From the human T2T-CHM13v2.0 reference genome, Homo sapiens: 64,000 bases of DNA. The notes under the pieces were generated by a model. The model ran no database searches. It was not told the DNA's origin and saw only the letters and a list, made by a program, of their open reading frames with translations. The translations under genes were made by a program, and so were the position numbers. The stretch lies in assembly GCF_009914755.1 (NCBI RefSeq), contig NC_060948.1; one strand, given 5' to 3'. Numbering within the stretch: the first letter of the stretch is position 1; the number at the start of each line of letters is the position of its first letter. Of this stretch, positions 27,972 through 41,183 are shown in pieces.

Positions 27972-30900
27972 GGGATGTTCCCAAAAGTAATGGACTCAAA
28001 TAAAAGGAACTCAAATAGAATGAATTGGAAAGAAACGGTCTCGAATGTAATTTATTCGAATAGAATGATATTGAATGGAATGCAATAATATGGAATGGTA
28101 TCGAATAGAATGGAATAGAATGGAATGGAATGGAACGGTATGGAGTGCATTTGAACGGACTCCAATGCAATAAATTGCAATATAATTGATTCAAATGGAA
28201 TGGAATCGAATAGAATGTAAACAAATGGAATGGAAGGCAATGCAATGGAAAGGAATCGAATGAAATGGAATAAATGGGATGGAATCGAATGGAAAGGACG
28301 CGAATGTAACGGACTGTTAAGGAAAGGCCTCGAATCGAATTTATTCCGATAGAATGGAATCGAATGGAATGCAATACTATTGAATCGAATCAAATGGAAT
28401 GGAATTGAATGGAATGGACAGGAATGGAATGAACTGGAAGTGAATGGACAAGAACGTAATATAGTGCAATGTAATTTATTCAAATGGAATGGAATGCAAT
28501 CGAATGGAATGGACTCGATTGGAATGGACTGGAGTGGAATGGACTGAAATGGAATGGAAACGAATGTAAAGGAATGGAACGGAAAGCAAAGGAATCTACT
28601 GTAATAGAATCGAACGGAACAGAAAGGAATGGAATGGAATGGAGTGGAATGGACTCGAATGGAATGTATTCGAATGTAATGGACTGGAAAGGAATGGAAT
28701 CCAATGGAATGGAATTGAATGGAATCAAAAGTAATAGAAAGGAAAAGAGTGTAATTGAATGATATCGAATGGAAGGGAATGGAATGAAGTCGAATGGAAT
28801 GCACTGGAATGGAATGGACACGATCAGAACGGACTGGAGAGGAATGTACACAAATGGAATGGAAACGAATGGAATGGAATGAAAAGGAATGGAATGAAAT
28901 GGAATTGAAAGGAAAGGAATGAAATGGAATGGAATGGAATGCAATGGATTGGAATAGAATGGATTCAAATAAAATAGAATCGATTGGAATGGTATTGAAT
29001 GGAAGGGACTTGAATGGAATGGAAAGCAATGGAAGATATTCGAATTGAATGGCATCGAATGACATGGAATGGAACGGAATGGAACGGACCCGAATGGAAT
29101 GGAATGGACTCAAATGTAATGGACTCGAATGGAATCGACTGAAATATAATAGACTCGAATGGAATATCCTCGAGCGGAATTTATTTGAATAGAATGGAAT
29201 CAAATGGAATACAATAGTATTGAATGGAATAGAATGGAATGGAATGGAATGGAATGTAATCCAATGGAATGGAACGGAATTCAATATAATGGAGTAGAAT
29301 GGAATGCATTGGAAAGGAGCAGAGTGGAATCGAGTGGAATGGAATCGAGTGGAATGGAATCAAAGGGAACGAAATCGAATTGAATGGACTTGAATGGAAT
29401 TGACTCGAAAGGAATTGACTCGAAAGGAATGGACTGGAACAAAAAGGAATCAAATGGACAGGAATGGAATGGAATGGACTCGAATGGAATGGAGTCAAAT
29501 GCAAACGCATCGAATGGAATGGATTCAAATGGAATGCAATTGAATGGTATAGAAAGGAAGAGAATGGAATTGAGAGTAATGGAAAGATATCGATTGGAAT
29601 GAAATGGAATGGAAAGGAATTGAATGGAAAGGAATGGACTCGAAAGAAATGGATTGGAATGGAATGGTCTCCAATGGAATGGACTGGAGTGGAATGGAAT
29701 CGAATGGAATGAAAAGAATGGAACGGAATGGAACGGAAAGGAATAGAAAGTTATGGAATCCGATGGGACAGAATGGAATGGAATGGACTTTCATGAAATG
29801 GAGTCGAATAGAGTGGCATCAAAAGCAATGGAATGGAATGGAGTGGACTCAAAAGGAATGGACTCAAAAGGAATGGAGGCGAACCAAATTGAATCAAATG
29901 GATTGGAGTCAAACAGAACGGAATGGAATGGAATGAACTCGACTGGAGTAGAGAGGAATGTAAAGGAATAGAATGGAATGTAATCAAATGGATTGCAAGC
30001 GAATGGAATCAAAAATAATAGAAAGGAATGGAGTGTAAAGGGATGATATTGAATAAAATGGGATGGAATGGAATTTAATGGAATGGAGTCGAAGGAATGG
30101 ACAGGAATGTAATGGACTCCAATGGAATGGAATGGATGAAAATGGATTTGAACAGATTGGTATCGAACGGAATGGAATGCAGTGGAATGGAATGGGCTCG
30201 AACGGAGAAGAGACAAATGGAATGGAAACGAATTCAATGGAATTGAAAAGAATAGAACGGAATGGCGTGTAATGGTAAGATACTAAATGGAATGGAATTG
30301 AATGGAATGTAATGGAATGGAACCAAATGTAATGCACTCAAATGGAATATACTCAAATAGAATGGAATCGAAAGGAAAGGTCTCCAATGGAATTTATTCA
30401 ATACAATGGAATCAAAAGAAATGCAATAGAAAGAAAAGGAATCGAATGTAATGGAATCAAATAGAATGGACCAGACTGGAATGGACTGCCATAGAACGGA
30501 CTGCAGTGTAATGGATTGAATTCTAATTCATTCAAATGGAATGGAATTGAATGGAATGGAATCCAATGGAATGGATAGGATTGTACTGGAATGGAATAGC
30601 ATGGAATGCAACGGAGTGGAATGGAGTTGAATGAAGTGGAATGGAATCGATTGGAATGGAATCAAATGGAATGGACGGGAATGGAATGGACTGGAAGAGA
30701 ACAGACTCGAATATAATGGATTGCAATGTAATTGATTCAAATGGAATGGAATCGAATGGAATGTAATAAAATTGAAGGGATTGGAGTTCAATGCAATGGA
30801 ATAGAATGGAATGCAAAGGAAAGGAAAGGCACGGAGTGAAATCGAGTGCAAGGGAATCGAATGGAATGAAATCGAATGGAATGGACTCAAAAGAAATGGA

Positions 30901-33518
30901 CGAGGGACAAAACGGAATCGAACTGATTGGAATGGAACGGAAGGGAATGGAATGGAATGGTCTCCATTGGATGGGAGTAGAACGGATTGGAATGGAATGG
31001 AATGAAATGGAATGGAAAGGAATAGAATGGAATGGAATGGAATGGAAGGTAATGGAAAGATATCAAACGGATTGGAAAGGAATGGAATGGACCCTAATGG
31101 AATGGAATGGAATTCAACAGAAACGAACGGAATGGACTGGAGTGAAATGGAGTCGAATGTAATTGAGTGGAGAGGAATGGACTCGAAAGGAATGGACTCG
31201 AATAGAATGGACTGGAATGGATTGTACTCGAATGGAGTGGAAAGGAATAAAATGGATTCCACCAGATTGGAATGGAACAGAATGTCATGGAATGGAATGG
31301 AATGCAATGGAATGGCTCGAATGCAATGGAAGAGAAAGGAAAGGAATTGAATGGTATTGAAAGTAATAGAATTAAATGGAGTGCAAAGGAAAGATATCGA
31401 ATGGAATGGATCGAAAAGAAATAGAATGGAATGGACAGGAATGGAATGGAATAGAATGGAATAGACTGGCGTGCAATGCAAACGAATGGAATGGAAACGA
31501 ATGGAATGGAATGGAAAGGAATGGAGTAGAATAAATACTATGGAATGGAATGGAATGGAGGCGAAAGGAAAAGAATGGATTGGAGTGTCACCGAATGGAA
31601 AGATATGGAATGGAAAGGAATGGATACGAATGGAATGGAATAGAAAGGAACGGAAAGGTAAAGAATGGAATGGAATCGGATAGAATGGAATGCAATGCAA
31701 TGGAGACGAATGGAAAATAATCGAGTAGAATGATATTGAACGGAATGGAATTTAATAGAATGGAATGGAATGGAATGGACTCGAATGGAATGTACTCAAA
31801 TGGATTAGAATAGAATGGAATGGAAGTAAACGTAGTGAACTCGAATGGAATGGACACTAATAGAATGGAAGAGAAAGGAATGGTATTGAATGGAATTTAT
31901 TCGAATAGAATGGAATTCAACGGAATGCAACAGTGTGGCATGGAATCAAATGGAATGGAATCGAATGGCATGGACCCGAGTGGAATGGACTCACATAGAA
32001 GAGCCTCGAATGTAATGGATTACAATGTATTAGATTCGAAAGGACTGAAATCGAATGGAATGTAATCAAATAGAACGGAACTGAATGCGTGGAATGGCAT
32101 AGAAAGTAATGCAATGGAATGGAATAGACTGGAAAGGAATGGAATCGGATGGAATGTAATGAAATGTAATGGAAGGAATGCTATGGAATGGAATGGAATG
32201 GAATACAATGGGACGGTGTATAATGGAGTGCAATGGATTTCAGTGGAATGTAGTCAAAAGGAATGAAATAGAATGGAATTCAATATAATGGAATGGCATC
32301 CAATGGCAAGGGATGGAGCGGACTCCAATGGAAACGACATGAAAGGAATATAATATAATGGAATGGCATTGAACGAAATGGAATGCAATGGAGTTAAAAG
32401 GTAAAATATCGAATGGAAAAGAATTGTATGGACTCGAATGGAATATAATGAAATGGAATGAACTCGAATGGAATGTACTAGAGTTGAATGGAATCGAATG
32501 GAATTTAAAACAATGGAAAGGAAAGGAAGGGAATTGAAAGGAACGGAATAGAATGGAATGGAATCGGATGGAACGGAATTGAATGGAATGGAAACTAAAG
32601 GAATAGAATAGAAAGGAATGCCATTGAATGGAATGGAATGGAATGGAATGGAATAAGATGAAACAGAATGGAATGGAATAGAATTGAATGGAATGGCATC
32701 GAATGGATTGGAATGGAATGTAAAGGAATGGAATGGAAAGGAATGGAATGGACTCGAATGGAATGTACTGAAATGGAATAGAATAGAATGGAATGGAAGT
32801 AAATATAATGGACTCGAGTGGAATGGATTGGAATAAATTGGAATTGAATGTATTGGATTCGAATGGAAAGGAATGGAATGGAATGGAATGGAATGGAATG
32901 GAATTGATTCGAATGGAATGGAACGAATTGGAATGTAATTGAATGGAGTCGAAAACAGTAGAAAGAAAAGAAGTATAATCGAATGATATAGAATGGAATT
33001 GAATGGAATGTACACGAATGGAATGGACTGGAATGGAATGGAGTGACATGTAATGGAATCGAAAGGAATGGAATCGAATGAAATGGAATTGAATGGAATA
33101 GAAAGGAATAGAATGGAATGGAGTTTAATGGAAAGATATTAAAAGTAATGGAATGGAATTGAGTGGACACAAATGGAATGGACTGGAATGGAAAGGACTC
33201 GAATGAAATGGAGCGCATTAGAATGGACTCGAATGGAATGGATTGGAGTGGAATGGTCTCGAATGGATTGGAAACGAATGTAATGGAAAGGAATAGAATG
33301 GAATGTAATCAAATGGAAAGAAATGTAATGGAATGGGTTCAACTGGAACAGAATTGAATGGAGTGGATTGAATGGAATGGAATGCAATCGAATGGAATGC
33401 ACACGAATGGAATAGAATGAAATGAAATGGCATAGAATGGAATGGAATGGAATGGAAAGGAATGGAATGGAATGGCATGGAATGGAATGGAATGGTATGG
33501 AATGAAATGGATTGGAAT
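27972..33518 (+). repeat. HOR unit 6 (short type, 5547 bp)
   Basis: Landmark-to-landmark interval. Confidence 0.9.
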
Positions 33519-36500
33519 GGGATGTTCCCAAAAGTAACGGACTCAAATAAAAGGGACTCAAATAGAATGAATTGGAAAGAAACGGTCTCGAATGTAATTT
33601 ATTCGAATAGAATGATATTGAATGGAATGCAATAATATTGAATGGTATCGAATAGAATGGAATAGAATGGAATGGAATGGAACGGTATGGAGTGCATTTG
33701 AACGGACTCTAATGCAATAAATTGCAATATAATTGATTCAAATGGAATGGAATCGAATAGAATGTAAACAAATGGAATGGAAGGCAATGCAATGGAAAGG
33801 AATCGAATGAAATGGAATAAATGGGATGGAATCGAATGGAAAGGACGCGAATATAATGGACTGTTAAGGAAAGGCCTCGAATCGAATTTATTCCAATAGA
33901 ATGGAATCGAATGGAATGCAATACTATTGAATCGAATCAAATGGAATGGAATTGAATGGAATGGACAGGAATGGAATGAACTGGAAGTGAATGGACAAGA
34001 ACGTAATATAGTGCAATGTAATTTATTCAAATGGAATGGAATGCAATCGAATGGAATGGACTCGATTGGAATGGACTGGAGTGGAATGGACTGAAATGGA
34101 ATGGAAACGAATGTAATGGAATGGAACGGAAAGCAAAGGAATCTACTGTAATAGAATCGAACGGAACAGAAAGGAATGGAATGGAATGGAGTTTAATGGA
34201 CTCGAATGGAATGTATTCGAATGTAATGGACCGGAAAAGAATGGAATCCAATGGAATGGAATTGAATGGAATCAAAAGGAATAGAAAGGAATAGAGTGTA
34301 ATTGAATGATATCGAATGGAATGGAATGAAGTCGAATGGAACGCACTAGAATGGAATAGACATGATCAGAACGGACTGGAGAGGAATGTACACAAATGGA
34401 ATGGAAACGAATGGAATGGAATGAAAAGGAATGGAATGAAATGGAATTGAAAGGAACGGAATGAAATGGAATGGAATGGAATGGAATGGATTGGAATAGA
34501 ATGGATTTAAATAAAATAGAATCGATTGGAATGGTATTGAATGGAAGGTACTTGAATGGAATGGAAAGCAATGGAAGATATTCGAATTGAATGGCATCGA
34601 ATGAAATGGAATCGAACGGAATGGAACGGACCCGAATGGAATGGAATGGACTCAAATGTAATGGACTCGAATGGAATCGACTGAAATATAATAGACTCGA
34701 ATGGAATGGCCTCGAGCGGAATTTATTTGAATAGAATGGAATCAAATGGAATACAATAGTATTGAATGGAATAGAATGGAATGGAATCGAATGGAATGTA
34801 ATCCAATGGAATGGAACGGAATTCAATATAATGGAGTAGAATGGAATGCATTGGAAAGGAGCAGAGTGGAATCGAGTGGAATGGAATCGAGTGGAATGGA
34901 ATCAAAGGGAACGAAATCGAATTGAATGGACTTGAATGGAATTGACTCGAAAGGAATTGACTCGAAAGGAATGGACTGGAACAAAAAGGAATCAAATGGA
35001 CAGGAATGGAATGGAATGGACTCGAATGGAATGGAGTCAAATGCAAACGCATCGAATGGAATGGATTCAAATGGAATGCAATTGAAAAGAATAGAAAGGA
35101 AGACAATGGAATTGAGAGTAATGGAAAGATATCGATTGGAATGAAATGGAATGGAAAGGAATTGAATGGAAAGGAATGGACTCGAAAGAAATGGATTGGA
35201 ATGGAATGGTCTCCAATGGAATGGACTGTAGTGGAATGGAATCGAATGGAATGAAAAGAATGGAACGGAATGGAACGGAAAGGAATAGAAAGTTATGGAA
35301 TCCGATGGGACAGAATGGAATGGAATGGACTTTCATGAAATGGAGTCGAATAGAGTGGCATTAAAAGCAATGGAATGGAACGGAGTGGACTCCAAAGGAA
35401 TGGACTGGAAAGAATGGAGACGAACCAAATTGAATCCAATGGATTGGAGTCGAACAGAATGGAATGGAATGGAATGAAGTCGACTGGAGTAGAGAGGAAT
35501 GTAAAGGAATAGAATGGATTGTAATCAAATGGATTGCAACGGAATGGAATGAAAAATAATAGAAAGGAATGGAGTGTAAAGGGATGATATTGAATATAAT
35601 GGAATGGAATGCAATTCAATGGAATGGAGTCGAAGGAATGGACAGGAATGTACTGGACTCCAATGGAACGGAATGGATGAAAATGGATTTGAACAGATTG
35701 GAACCGAACAGAATGGAATGCAATGGAATGGAATGGACTCGAATGGAGAAGAGACAAATGGAATGGAAACGAATTCAATGGAATTGAAAAGAATAGAATG
35801 GAATGGCGTGTAATGGTAAGATACTAAATGGAATGGAATTGAATGGAATGGTATGGAATGGACCCAAATGTAATGCACTCGAATGGAATATACTCAAATA
35901 GAATGGAATCGAAAGGAAAGGTCTCCAATGGAATTTATTCAATACAATGGAATCGAATGGAATGCAATAGAATGGAATGGAATCGAATGTAATGGAATCA
36001 AATAGAATGGACCAGAATGGAATGGACTGCCATAGAACGGACGGCAGTGTAATGGATTGAATTCTAATTCATTCAAATGGAATGGTATTGAATGGAATGG
36101 AATCCAATGGAATGGATAGGATTGTACTGGATTGGAATAGAATGGAATGCAACGGAGTGGAATGGAGTTGAATGAAGTGGAATGGAATCGATTGGAATGG
36201 AATCAAATGGAATGGACGGGAATGGAATGGACTGGAAGAGAACAGACTCGAATATAATGGATTGCAATGTAATTGATTCAAATGGAATGGAATCGAATGG
36301 AATGTAATAAAATTGAAGGGATTGGAGTTCAATGCAATGGAAAAGAATGGAATGCAAAGGAATGGAAAGGAACGGAGTGAAATCGAGTGTAATGGAATCG
36401 AATGGAATGAAATCGAATGGAATGGACTCAAAAGAAATGGACGAGGGACAAAACGGAATCGAACTGATTGGAATGGAACGGAAAGGAATGGAATGGAATG

Positions 36501-39500
36501 GTCTCCATTGGATCGGAGTAGAACGGATTGGAATGCAATGGAATGAAATGGAATGGAAAGGAATAGAATGGAATGGAAGGTAATGGAAAGATATCGAACG
36601 GATTGGAAAGGAATGCAATGGACCCTAATGGAATGGAATGGAATTCAACAGAAACCAATGGAATGGACTGGAGTGAAATGGAGTCGAATGTAATTGACTG
36701 GAATGGAATGGACTCGAAAGAAATGGACTCGAATAGAATGGACTGGAATGGATTGTACTCGAATGGAGTGGAAAGGAATAAAATGGATTCCACCAGATTG
36801 GAATGGAACAGACTGAAATGGAGTGGAATGGAATGCAATGGAGCGGCTCGACTGGAATGGAGTCGAATGCAGTGGAATAGAAAGGAAAGGAATTGAATGG
36901 AATTGAAAGTAATAGAATTAAATGGAGTGCAAAGGAAAGATATCGAATGGAATGGATCGAAAAGAAATAGAATGGAATGGACAGGAATGGAATGGAATAG
37001 AATGGAATAGACTGGCGTGCAATGAAAGCGAATGGAATGGAATGGCAAGGAATGGAGTAGAATAAATACTATGGAATGGAATGGAATGGAATTGAATGGA
37101 ATGGAATGGAATGGAGGCGAAAGGAAAAGAATGGATTGGAATGTCACCGAATGGAAAGATATGGAATGGAAAGGAGTGGATAGGAATGGAATGGAATAGA
37201 AAGGAACGGAAAGGTAAAGAATGGAATGGAATCGGATAGAATGGAATGCAATGAAATGGAGTCGAATGGGAAATAATCGAGTAGAATGATATCGAATGGA
37301 ATGGAATTTAATGGAATGGAATGGAATGGAATGGAATGGAATGGAATGTTCTCCAATGGATTAGAATAGAATGGAATGGAACTAAACGTAATGAACTCGA
37401 ATGGAATGGACACAAATAGAATGGAAGAGAAAGGAATGGTATTGAATGGAATTTATTCGAATAGAATGGAATTCAACGGAATGCAACAGTGTGGCATGGA
37501 ATCAAATGGAATGGAATCGAATGGAATGGACCCGAGTGGAATGGACTCACATAGAACAGCCTGGAATGTAATGGATGACAATGTATTAGATTCGAAAGGA
37601 CTGAAATCGAATGGAATGTAATCAAATTGAACGGAATTGAATGCATGGAATGGCATAGAAAGTAATGCAATGGAATGGAATAGACTGGAATGGAATGGAA
37701 TCGGATGGAATGTAATGAAATGTAATGGAAGGAATGCCATGGAATGGAATGGAATGGAATGCAATGGGCCTGTGTATAATGGAGTGCAATGGAATTCAGT
37801 GGAATGTAGTCAATAGGAATGAAATAGAATGGAATTCAATATAAGGGAATGGCATCCAATGGCAAGGAATGGAGTGGACTCCAATGGAAACAACATGAAA
37901 GGAATATAATATAATGGAATGGCATTGAACGAAATGGAATGCAATGGAGTTAAAAGGTAAGATATCGAATGGAAAAGAATTGAATGGACTCGAATGGAAT
38001 ATAACGGAATGGAAAGGACTCGAATGGAATGTACTAGAGTTGAATGGAATGGAATGGAATGGAAAACAATGGAAAGGAAAGGAAGGGAATAGAAAGGAAA
38101 GGAATAGAATGGAATGGAATCGGATAGAACGGAATTGAATGGAATGGAAACTAAAGGAATAGAATAGAAATGAATGGCATTGAATGGAATGGAATGGAAT
38201 GGAATCAGATGGAACAGAAAGGAATGGAATAGAATCGAATGGTATGGCATCGAATGGATTGGAATGGAATGTAATGGAATGGAAAGGAATGGAATGGACT
38301 CGAATGGAATGTACTCAAATGGAATAGAATAGAATGGAATGGAAGTAAATATAATGGACTCGAATGGAATGGATTGAAATAATATGGAATTGAATGTATT
38401 GGATTTGAATGGAAAGGAATGGAATGGATTGGAATGAATTCGAATGGAATGGAATCGAATGGAATGGAACGAATTGGAATGTAATTGAATGGCGTCGAAA
38501 ACAGTAGAAAGAAATGAAGTTTAATCGAATGATATCGAATGGAATTGAATGGAATGTACGCGAATGGAATGGACTGGAATGGAATGGACTCTATGGGAAT
38601 GAAGAGGAGTGGAATGGACTCGAATGTCATGGAGACGATTGGAATGGAAGGGAATGCAAAGGAATGGAATGGAATGGAATCTGATGCATCGCAATGGAAT
38701 GGAATGGGGTCGATTGGAATAGAATCGAAAGGAATGGCATCCAATGGAATGGAAACGAATTGAATGGAATGGCAGGAATGGAATGGAAAGGAATATAATG
38801 GAAAGGAATCGGATGGAACGGAATGGAATGTAATGGAGTCGAATGGAATAGAATCTAATAGAATTGCATTGATAGGAATGGAATCGAACGGACTCGAAAG
38901 GATTGGAGCCTAACAGAAGAGAATCGAACAGAATAGCATCAAATGGAATGGAAATGAATGGAATGGAATGGAATGGAATGGAATGGAATGGAATGGAATG
39001 GAATGGACACACATGTAATGGACTTGAATGGAATGGAATCAAATAGAATGGACGCGAATGGAATGGTCTCGAATGGAATTTATGAAAATAGAATGGAATC
39101 GAAAGTCATTGAACATTATGGAATGGAATCAAATGGAATGAAATCCAATGGAAGGAACCGGAATGGAATGTACTGGAATAGAACGGACTCGAATGTTACG
39201 GAAAGAAAAGTAAATGATTCGGATGTCTTTTAATTGAAAGGAATGAAATTAAATGGAATGGAAAGGAATAAAATGGAATGGAATGAGATAGAATGCAATA
39301 GAATGGAAGTGAGTGGAGTCGAGTTGAATGGAATCGAATTGAATGGAATAGAATCAAATGGAATGGATTCGAATGCAATGGAATCGAATGGAATGGACTG
39401 GAACATAATGGAATTGAACGTATTGGAATGGAAAGGAATGGAAAGGAATTGAATGCAACGGAAAGCAATGGAATCGAATGTAATGGGGTCGTATGTAGTG

Positions 39501-41183
39501 GAGTAAAATGGAATGGAATCAAATGGAAGGAAAAGAATACAATCGAATTGAATAGAATAGAATGCAACAGAATGAAACAGAGTGGAATCGAGTGGAATGG
39601 AATAGAATTGAATGGAATGGAAAGGAATGGAATCGAATGGAATGGAATGGAATGGAAGGGAACCGAATGGAATGGAATGGAACAAAATGGAATTGAACAG
39701 ATTAGAATCGAATGGATCCGAATCGAATGGAATAGAATATAATGGAATAGAATGGAATGGAATAGAATGGAATGGAATGGAATATAATGGAATAGAATGG
39801 AATGGAATGGAATGGAATGGAATGGAATGGAATGGAATGGAATGGGATGGAATGGAATGGACCCAAATGTAATGAACTCTAATGATATGGACTTTAATAG
39901 AATGGATTAGAAAACAATGGGCTCGAATGGAATTTAATCAAGTCGAATTTAATGGAATGGAATGGAATGCAAAACTATGGAATAGCATCAAATGGAATGG
40001 AACAGAATAGAGTGGAATGGAATGGAATACACAGGTATAGAACAGACTCGAATGTAATGGATTGCAATGTAAGTGATTCAAAGGGAATGGAATCAAATGG
40101 AATATAATCAAATGGAATGGAATGGAGTGCATTGGAATGGAATAAAATGGAATGCAAACAATGGTACAGAACTCATTTGAATCTAGAGGAATGGAATCGA
40201 ATGCAATGGAAAAGAATGGAATGGACACGAATGGAATGGATTGGAAACAAATGGAATGGAAAGGATTTTAATCATACAGAACAAAATAGAATGCAATGGA
40301 CTCGAATGAAATGGAGTCGAAGAGAATAGTATCAAATGGAAAGGAATGGAATGCAATCGAATCGAATGGAATGTTAATGAAATTAATTGAAAGGAATAGA
40401 ATGGAATGAAGTGTAAAGGAAAGATATCGAATTGAATGGAATTGAATGGAATGGACACAAACGGAATGGACTGGAATGGAATGAACTCAAAAAGGAATGG
40501 AATGGAGCGGAACGGACTCGAGTGCAATGGAATCGAATGGTATAGAATAGAACGGAATGGAATGGAAAGGAATAGAAGGGAATGGAATCGGATCCAACGG
40601 GACAGATTGGAATGGGGTAGAATTGAATAGAATCGAATGGAATGGCATCGAATGTAATGGAATGGAATGGACTCGAATGGAATGGAGTGACATGTAATGG
40701 AATCGAAAGGAATGGAATCGAATGAAATGGAATTGAATGGAATAGAAAGGAATAGAATGGAATGGAGTTTAATGGAAAGATATTAAAAGTAATGGAATGG
40801 AATTGAGTGGACACGAATGGAATGGACTGGAATGGAAAGGACTCGAATGAAATGGAGCGCATTAGAATGGACTCGAATGGAATGGATTGGAGTGGAATGG
40901 TCTCGAATGGATTGGAAACGAATGGAATGGAAAGGAGTAGAATGGAATGTAATCAAATGGAACGAAATGGAATGGAATGGATTCGACTGGAACAGAATTG
41001 AATGGAGTGGAATTGATTGGAATGGAATGCAATCGAATGGAATGAACACGAATGGAATAGAATGAAATGAAATGGCATAGAATGGAATGGAATGGAATGG
41101 AATGGAATGGAAGGGAATGGAATGGAATGGAATGGAATGGAATGGCATGGAATGTATTGGAATGGAATGAAATTGATTGGAAT
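33519..41183 (+). repeat. HOR unit 7 (boundary/mosaic unit, 7665 bp)
   Basis: Begins with the short-type landmark (GTTCCC) and short-type alleles. It carries mostly long-type alleles after ~35380 and contains the 2.1 kb module. Confidence 0.85.
38589..40686 (+). repeat. Long-unit-specific HSat3 module, copy 1 (2098 bp)
   Basis: Starts CTCTATGGGAATGAAGAGG and ends just before GTGACATG. Contains markers (GGAGCCTAACAGAAGAG, TGATTCGGATGTCTTTT, GGTACAGAACTCATTTG) not seen in 1-38588. Confidence 0.9.

Larger units (their letters stand above)
1..35377 (+). repeat. Short-type higher-order repeat domain, period ~5.56 kb (about 6.4 units in window)
   Basis: Landmark GGGATGTTCCCAAAAG at 175, 5735, 11295, 16860, 22423, 27972 and 33519 (spacings 5560, 5560, 5565, 5563, 5549, 5547). 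The ORF track repeats at the same offsets. The right end is set at the switch in diagnostic alleles and is approximate. Confidence 0.92.

Noticed and set aside
1-33518. Short units as an assembly artefact (repeated collapsed consensus)
   Set aside because: Each unit has private and structured shared variants, which is consistent with real distinct copies. Read-level validation would still be needed.
38589-40686. The 2 kb module as a mobile element with target-site duplication
   Set aside because: The module is itself GGAAT satellite, with no terminal inverted repeats, poly(A) tail or coding capacity. The flanking direct repeat is generic satellite homology.
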